Shown: piece after piece, positions 56,601 through 64,000 of the stretch
Layout of the letters: each line of letters begins with the position of its first letter
Numbering within the stretch: position 1 is the first letter of the stretch
Source of the DNA: an uncultured virus (IMG/VR IMGVR_UViG_3300030202_003277)
Taxonomy: Duplodnaviria > Heunggongvirae > Uroviricota > Caudoviricetes
Strand: one strand, 5' to 3'
Length of the DNA stretch: 64,000 nucleotides
IMG/VR virus record: IMGVR_UViG_3300030202_003277
Made by a program: the position numbers and the translations under genes
The notes under the pieces: generated by a model
The model's input: only the letters and a program-made list of their open reading frames with translations
The model's database searches: none
Told to the model about the DNA's origin: nothing

Positions 56601-59600
56601 TTAGAAACTAAAAGTGTTTCTAAAGATGGTTTAAGAGTTTGGAATAAAGCTAAACAAAAAGGATATAAAGAAGTTGTTGATGAAAATGGTAATATAGTAA
56701 CTAATGAGGTAACGTTAAATCAAGCCACAAAAGAAGGTATAACTGGAGAGTCTACAGACTACAAAGATGTTGTAGTTAGTAAAGCTGAGGCTGATAATAT
56801 TGTTAATGAACTTCAAGAGATATACCCAGGAATTGAAACATCTACCATTAAAGGAGGTCCAGGTAAAGTTAAAATAAAAATAAAACTACCTGTATTAGAA
56901 AGCACTACTGAAAAAGTTGATTCTACAAAAACTAAAGATAAAGTACCTACAGAAACTAAAGAAGTTTCAACTGAAATTTCAAGTTCTGAAGAAATTAAAC
57001 AAGAATCAGCTGCAATTTTAAATGAATATTCAAATTCTGAAATTGCTAAAATAATAAGAAGAGAAGATGATGAATATTCTCAAAATGAAGAGTCTTTAGG
57101 TAGATTTATCGAAAGAAATACTGAAAATGTTGAAGGTGGAAAAGCTATAGAAGATATATATGAGTATGGTATTATTCAAAGAATAATTGCAAATGATGGT
57201 TCTAAAATTCAAAGATTAGTTGATTTAAATGGAAAAGTTCATGGTATTCCTTTAATTAATCTTACAATGGATGCAAAAGAATCTGGATTGTTATTTGATG
57301 GAAAAAAAGATTTTAGTTTATCAGAAAAAGAAATTTCAGATTTCTTTAAATCTAAATTTGGTACTAAAGAAGATGTAGATGAAATTACAGATGAAGATAT
57401 AGATGAAGATGATATGCCATTTGGTTATACTCCTATGTCTGAAGAAGATAAAGCTAAATTAGACAATCAAACAAAAGACAAAAAAGAACAAAGGACTGAT
57501 TTAAAAAGAGATTTACAAAAAGAAAAACTTGAAGCAAATAAAATAAAAAACAATCCTGAGTTATATGCTAAAATATTAAATCATTTTCAAAAATTATTTC
57601 CAAATATACCAGTTCAACAACTTAATAATGCACTGTGGAAAAATGGGCCATTTACTGTAGCTTATATAAATGAATTAGGTGTTNNNNNNNNNNTACTGAT
57701 GAAGCTTTTCAAAATACATTATTACATGAAGGAGCTCATATTATAAAAGAAATTTTAGGAGACAATCATCCTTTAATTAAAGCTGGTATGCAGTTTATTA
57801 AAGGCACAGATTACTTTAAAAATGCTCAAGTATTATATTCTGATAAAAGTGTAGCAGAACAAGCTGAAGAAGCTTTAATGGAAGCTATAGCTGATAATTC
57901 ATTAGAAAAATTAAAAACTAAATTAGAAGGAACAAACTTACAAAAATTTGTTTCTTGGTTAAAAAGATTTTGGAATGCAGCTAAAAGAGCTATAGGTCTT
58001 AAAAAAGGTAAGCAATCAGTTGAAATGCTTGCTGATATGTTAGCTTATGAAAAAGCTCCTTATAATGCTGATTTAGGTTTGTTTAATGAATTTAAAGAAC
58101 AGCGTTCAGCATTACATATGCAAACAGTACAAGAGGTTCAATCTACTATTTCTTTAGCAAGATTAAATTATAGATTAAATCCAGAAGATTATTTAAACCC
58201 TACTACTAAACAAAATTTAAAATATTTAGTTTATAATAAACTTGGACTTAAAGTTATTCAAGATTCTATTATAGCAAACCCTAATTCTATAAATGAAACA
58301 TTATCTTCTCAAACAGTAAATCAAATTAAAGAAGAAACAGATAAAGAACTTAGGGCTCAAAAATTGTATTATGCATTAAAAGTTGAAAATAATCAATTAT
58401 GGAAATTGATTGAAACAACTACTAATCAATTATCTAAAAAATCATTACCAACAATAACGGATCTTGAAGAATTAGTAAAGACTGAATTAAAAGGTAATAA
58501 AGATATTTCAGAATCGGTTAGGTCTATTGTAACAGCAATTGTTGATAATGATGGTTATTTATATGATTCAAATGAAGTTTATCAAAATATTGCAAGAATA
58601 GCTGATAAATCTATCGATATAAAGTCATTTGAAAAAAATCTTCAAGAAGATGAAACTAAAGGAAATGATATAGCTAAAAAGATTAATTTAATTTTAAATG
58701 CTTTCCCTACTAATGCAAAAAATGGTATTCTTTCTGAATTAGCTTCATTAACTACAATAGAATATAGGTCTTTAATTAAAACACATAATGTAGTTGATGG
58801 TCAGAAAGTTACACAAGTTTTATGGAAAAGAGTAAATAAAGATAGAACTGTAGATGATTTATTTAATAGGTATGCTGTAAATTATAAAAATGCTAACCTA
58901 AATCAGCTAAGATTATTAAATAGTCAGTTAAAAGATATTAAAAAAGGATTTGCAATTAAAAGATTTGTTGTTGATCAAGATGTAAATAATGCATTTTTTC
59001 AAAATGCTAAAATGTTTGTTGAAGAATTAGTTGGAGATAGTTTTACTAATGAAGAATTTAAACAGTTTTTAAATAAACAAATTAAAACAGCTCCTTCCGT
59101 AGAGAAAAAAGTTCAAAGGTTATCATATTTATTTGCAGCAAGTTCAAAAAGAGATGGAACATTTACACCTGGTTCTTTTAGTAAATTATTAAATGATATA
59201 AAAACACAAAACAAATTTGATAAAAAAGAATTTTCAGGTGTTTTAAGAAATTTAGCGATTGCTAAAAAGGGTGATTCAATTTCATCAAATTTTGTTAATC
59301 AAGCTGGAAATAATGTAACTGCAACTAAATTAGGTTATTGGGTTAATCAATTTGGTAAAATGTTTGCTTATGATAATAAATTTAGAAATGAATTATTAAA
59401 CTCTACATTATATAAAGCTAATCCAGTTTTAAAAGAGTGGGCTAAGTCAAAAGAAATTCCAGAATGGTTTATACATGACGCATTTGAAAACACTGGTTTT
59501 AGTGGAGCTATAGAACACAATAATGCTACAATTAATGATATTGTTTTAAATAACTTTTTTTATTATTCTCAAAATAAATCTAATCAAAAATCATACGCAC

Positions 59601-62600
59601 AATCAATAGGTGTTACTGGAGATAGAGGACATTTAACATATTTTAAAGTACCTAAGTATAGTGAAGAACAATTAATTAACGAATATAAAATAAGAGCAAA
59701 ATTAGATGAGGCTTTGTTAAATAGAAAAATAAGAGATAAAGGTGTTTCGCCAAAATCTTTAGTAAATCAATTTAATAAACTTTCTTTAAATCAAGCTGTT
59801 ATATTTGATGGTAAAGTTGAAGTATTTATAGATGCAGTTGGAGATTATGAGATGTCACTTCCTCGAGTTCGAAAAAGAGTAGAAAATCTATATAAATTAT
59901 TAGAAAACTCAGGAACATTAGAAGCTCTTGCTCAACAAAATCCTTCTGTAATAGTTGATGGTAAAATAAATAAGGATAAAGTAAATGAATTAATAACAAA
60001 TTATATTTACACTGAATCATTAAATAGGTCTTATTTAACTGATATTTATGCTGGTCCAGCTATAGATAGAAAATCAGTTGCTGATGTAATGAAGCGTATG
60101 GCTGGTTTAAATTCAGGCGGTAAGCTTATTCAAATAGATAAACCAGTTCATGTGTTTGTTTTAGATACTTCAGGAGCAGATGGAAAAATTATGTCTGATT
60201 CATTTTCATTTAATGGTTCACATTTAGCAAACCATATTTCAGAACAAAGTGGAAGTACTGATGTAGTTGGTGTAAATATGAAAGATATGCTTTATCAAAT
60301 TAGTAACGATGGTGGTCTTGATTTTTATAAAATGTCAACTTTAAATGTTACTGGTGAAATAGATGATAATTCATTAACTCAATTTACTGATTCTAATAAT
60401 CTAACTGAAGGTTATAATGCAATTGGAAATGCAATTTTAGAATTAGAAAAAGCTTTAGGTGATAATGCATATGTTAAAATAATTGATAAAGATGTTGTTA
60501 AAGGAGATTTGTCTCAATATGATAAAATTCCAATTAATGAATTTCTTGCAGATCCAGCAAAAGTAAAAAATAGAAATACTCTTAAAGAATTTAAAAATTA
60601 CAGAGTAGCATTTAATCTTAACAAAGATTTATCAAAAGTTCCATTAGCTAATCAAAATGTAATAATGTCTACACAATTAGCTAAAATTTTATTAAATCAT
60701 GATGTATCAATTGAAGAAATTGAAAATTTTGAAAATGCATTAGTATCTGTATTAGATGATTCATTAAAAGAAAATCAAACATTTAGTAAGTTAAATAACA
60801 TTAATAGATTATTAAATGAATTAACTAAAGATTCAGAAGAAAATACAAAGTCAGAAATTATTGAAATTCTTTCTGAAATGAAACGATTAAATAGTGGAAC
60901 TTTTGAAACTACTTATAGAATTGGAAATTATAATTACTCTCAATCTCAAGTAGCTAATTTAGGTTCTATAAATGAATCTGCTAAAAAATTTGCTGATAAT
61001 TTAATAACTAAACAAGAGTGGCAAGATATATTAAATAAACATGAAATGTCTGAAGAGATGTTTAATGAAGCCATGACTAATAATGTTATAAATAGATATA
61101 AAGGAAAAGATTTAGGCGAATTTGCAACAACAATTAAAAAAAGTAAAAAAGTTAGTGTATTATTAGATTCTTTTGATCATCCAAATTTAAAACCTATGGT
61201 TGAGCAATTTATATCAAGTAGGTTAACAAAACAGGGTATAAGAACTAATATGTCTGGTATGTATGCACATATGCTTCCAGATTTTACAGATAAACTTAAA
61301 GGTTATAAAGAAAATGGTTTAGAGCCAATGGAAATTGGTGTTCCATGGTCGTTATTTATACAAAAAAGACCAGGGGAATCTGATGAAAGTGCCAAAGGAA
61401 GAGCTGAAGAATTATTAAAAGAAAAACCAGAATTATTTAGAAATGTTGTTGTTCGTGTTCCCGCTTCAGGAGCTGTATCAAGTTTTGCTGGACAAGTTAA
61501 GTTTTTTGTTGATGGACATTCAAATACAGCTATTGTTCCTAAATCATATATGGAGGCAGCAGATGCAGATAATGATGGAGATAAAGTGTTTGTTTATAGA
61601 GCTGATTTAAATAAAGAAAGTGAACTTTTAGAAAGTAATAAAACAAAAGCTTTTAACCAGGTTTATGAAAAAGCAAATTCTAAAGCTCAAAAAGAAGCTG
61701 CAGTAAAAGGAGATTTATCTTTAGATAGAATAAAAGAACTATTAAAAGAATTTGATTTATACAATGAAGATGTTTTTCAATTAAACAGTAATGAGGATTT
61801 TGCTAAGTTAGCAAATAACATGTCTTTTGGAGCAGATGCAATTGGTATATGGGCTGTAGCTTCTAAAATGTTATCTATGCTTTCACAGTCACAAGAACAA
61901 TTAAAAAAACCTATTTCTTTTGGTTTTGAAAATGGAAATTTAGTTGATATAAAAAGACAAAAATTTACTAACAATGCATTAAGTGATGTAGCAGTATTTT
62001 TACAAGCAGCTCTTGATATGGGTAATGATCCAGTTCACATTTCAACAGGAGTTAATGAATATACTATAGGTGTCGCAACAGCATTATCTTTAATGGATGT
62101 TTCTTTTGAAGAAATTATTCCTTTTTTAAATTCAAAACCTATTGCTGATTTAGTAAATGAAATTGATAATGCTAAAACAAATTATATAGATAAATCTTCT
62201 TTTAGTATTAATAAATTCTTGAAAGCAAAATTAAACGAATTTGACGCTAAAAAAGGAAGTAAGTCTAAAGCTGAAATAAAAGCAATTATAGAGAACGGTG
62301 GTCAAGTAATACAAAAAGATCAAGTTGTTCCTGGTATATTTAAAACTGGAGATACATATTATAAAGTAGAAGAAATAGAAGCAAATGTTGCTAAATATTC
62401 TTTTGCTACAGAATCTGATTTAGAATCTTCAGATAATTTAGCAATTATTAAAAAGTTTGCAGAAATTCAAGAATTAGCTTCAGAATTACAAAGACTAATA
62501 CCAGTATTACAATTAGATAATAAACTTCCTAATAATGGTTTTGATACAAAAAAATCATTAGAAGTAATGGCAGATTTAAGAAATGATGGTTTTTCTTTTA

Positions 62601-63817
62601 CTACTGATAATTTAGCAAAAAGACCATTGATTAAACATTACTCTAAAATGCTTGTAAAATTAAATGGTTTTTATAATGCAAGATTTTATATAAATGATAA
62701 TCAATTCTATGATCTTGGTATGCAATTAGCTACTCAAATTTTTGGAAAAAATTCAGCTATTTATAAACATAAAGAAACTTTTGAATCTATAAAAGATACT
62801 ATGTATTTATGGAGAGCACAAAAAGAGTTTAACAATCAAATTGATTCAGCTCCTGTATTTATACAAGATACTGTTAACAAATTTGAAACAATTATAAATT
62901 CATTAAACAATACTAATGAAAGTAATTTGTTTATTTCAAAACCTTATGGTGTTAGTGATCAAGCTTTTAATCAAGTTATGAATCAATTGAAATCAGCAAA
63001 AGAAATGAGTGTTCAAACTCCAGAAGTTTTTACTAATGAATTGAATAGACTAATAACTTCTGAAAATCAAATTGAACGTATAATTGGAGAAGCAGTTGTT
63101 AAAAATCAAGAATATGCTGCAATAGGAAATCAATTAAGTAATAATGCATTTATTAAACATTTAACAATTCAAGAAACTAAAGATGGAACTAAACATATTG
63201 TGCCAGTTAAATTAATTAATGATATTTCTGTTTCTGGATTAAAAGTAATTCAAGATGCATATAATAATTTAGCTAATATTGAAGGTGGAGTAGGTTTAAC
63301 TTTACAAAAAGAGATTAGAGCTTATGCAATGTTAAGATTTGGTATGGCTTCTAAAATGGGAAGTATATCTAAAATGTTTCCAACAGGAATGTCTATTGCA
63401 GTATTAAAAAATTCTCGAGATTTTAAAAATAATGCTATTGACACTCAAAGTGCAACTAATTTCTTTGTTAACCCAAAAAATATTGAAATGTTAAAAGCAA
63501 ATACAGCTATTATGATGAAAGAAAAATTACCATTAGCTGTACCTACAGATAGACAAATTTCAAGTGATTCAGATTTAGCTTATGGCACATATTATGCACA
63601 TTCTGAAGGAGTTACTGTAAATACAAAATCAGATTTTGTTAATATTAATAATGATGTATATAGAAGAGTACCTGAAAGTAATATTTTTCAAAATTTAAAA
63701 GGTCTTGGTGGAATGAAAGAAAAAGGTTATACTGTATTAATTAAAGATAAAAACAGCTTTGATTTAAGCAATAGAGAAGTACAAGATAATGCTAATCAAA
63801 TTAAAAAAGAATGTTAA
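53658..63817 (+). CDS. Giant (~3,390 aa) virion protein containing the RNA polymerase catalytic domain; split in the ORF track by an N gap
   Basis: Both frames are open up to the gap at 57684-57693; HEGAH zincin motif at 57725-57739; VVRVP and DADNDGD (61562-61582) double-psi beta-barrel motifs. Confidence 0.8.
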
Positions 63818-64000
63818 ATGACGTGTCCAAATAAATCAAACCCAGATTGGATAGCATTAGTTGATGCTGTAGGAGAAAAAGCAGCTATTGAGGCTTATGT
63901 TAGAAATAATTATGATATACCTAAATTAAATGGATATGTTAATCCAATTAATGAAGGATTGACTGGTACAAAATTTAATCAAGTTTCTACTCAAACTAAA
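63818..64000 (+). CDS. Next large virion protein (partial)
   Basis: MTCPNKSNPDWIALV start, resembling the CPN..W N-termini of crAss-like giant proteins. Confidence 0.6.
   Translation, partial: MTCPNKSNPDWIALVDAVGEKAAIEAYVRNNYDIPKLNGYVNPINEGLTGTKFNQVSTQTK

Noticed and set aside
57684..57788. Apparent frameshift or two separate genes at 57746/57788
   Set aside because: Coincides with a 10-N scaffold gap; both frames are open up to the gap, so it is most likely an assembly artefact
9012..61974. Short antisense or alternate-frame ORFs in the track (for example 9012, 10352, 12321, 18031, 23186, 35360, 54697, 61777, and 7600 on the minus strand)
   Set aside because: They are shadows of longer, motif-bearing genes and have no independent support
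1..64000. Stop-codon reassignment as in some crAss-like phages
   Set aside because: Long genes are intact in the standard code, and TAG and TGA end genes normally (for example terL ends TAG)

Overview
This window is about 64 kb of an AT-rich lytic dsDNA phage of the crAss-like group (Crassvirales-type podovirus). It most likely infects a Bacteroidota host: TAnnTTTG promoters are present, Shine-Dalgarno sites are not evident, and the genetic code is standard. Layout: (i) 1-8425 (+) tail fibre/spike and lysis genes; (ii) 8466-29627 (-) early/middle genes, including a RecE-like nuclease, Sak4-like ATPase, SSB, NinB-like protein, HU, DnaB, a DnaA C-terminal-domain protein, an SPL-like radical SAM enzyme and DUF932, with no recognisable DNA polymerase or primase; (iii) 29691-64000 (+) terminase, portal, capsid, tail ring/muzzle and ejection proteins, plus a giant virion RNA polymerase that is split only by an N-gap. 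Two things stand out. First, a phage-borne PRTRC ubiquitin-like module (E1 ThiF, E2-like B, Ub-like C, E, F) with a Mom-like DNA-modification gene inserted in it. Second, a family of at least 13 G-U-containing hairpins with a shared CUU(U/A/C)G(G/U)UG core, mostly placed just upstream of early genes, which gives the early region a cassette-like structure. All product calls come from motif recognition by eye; no searches were run.
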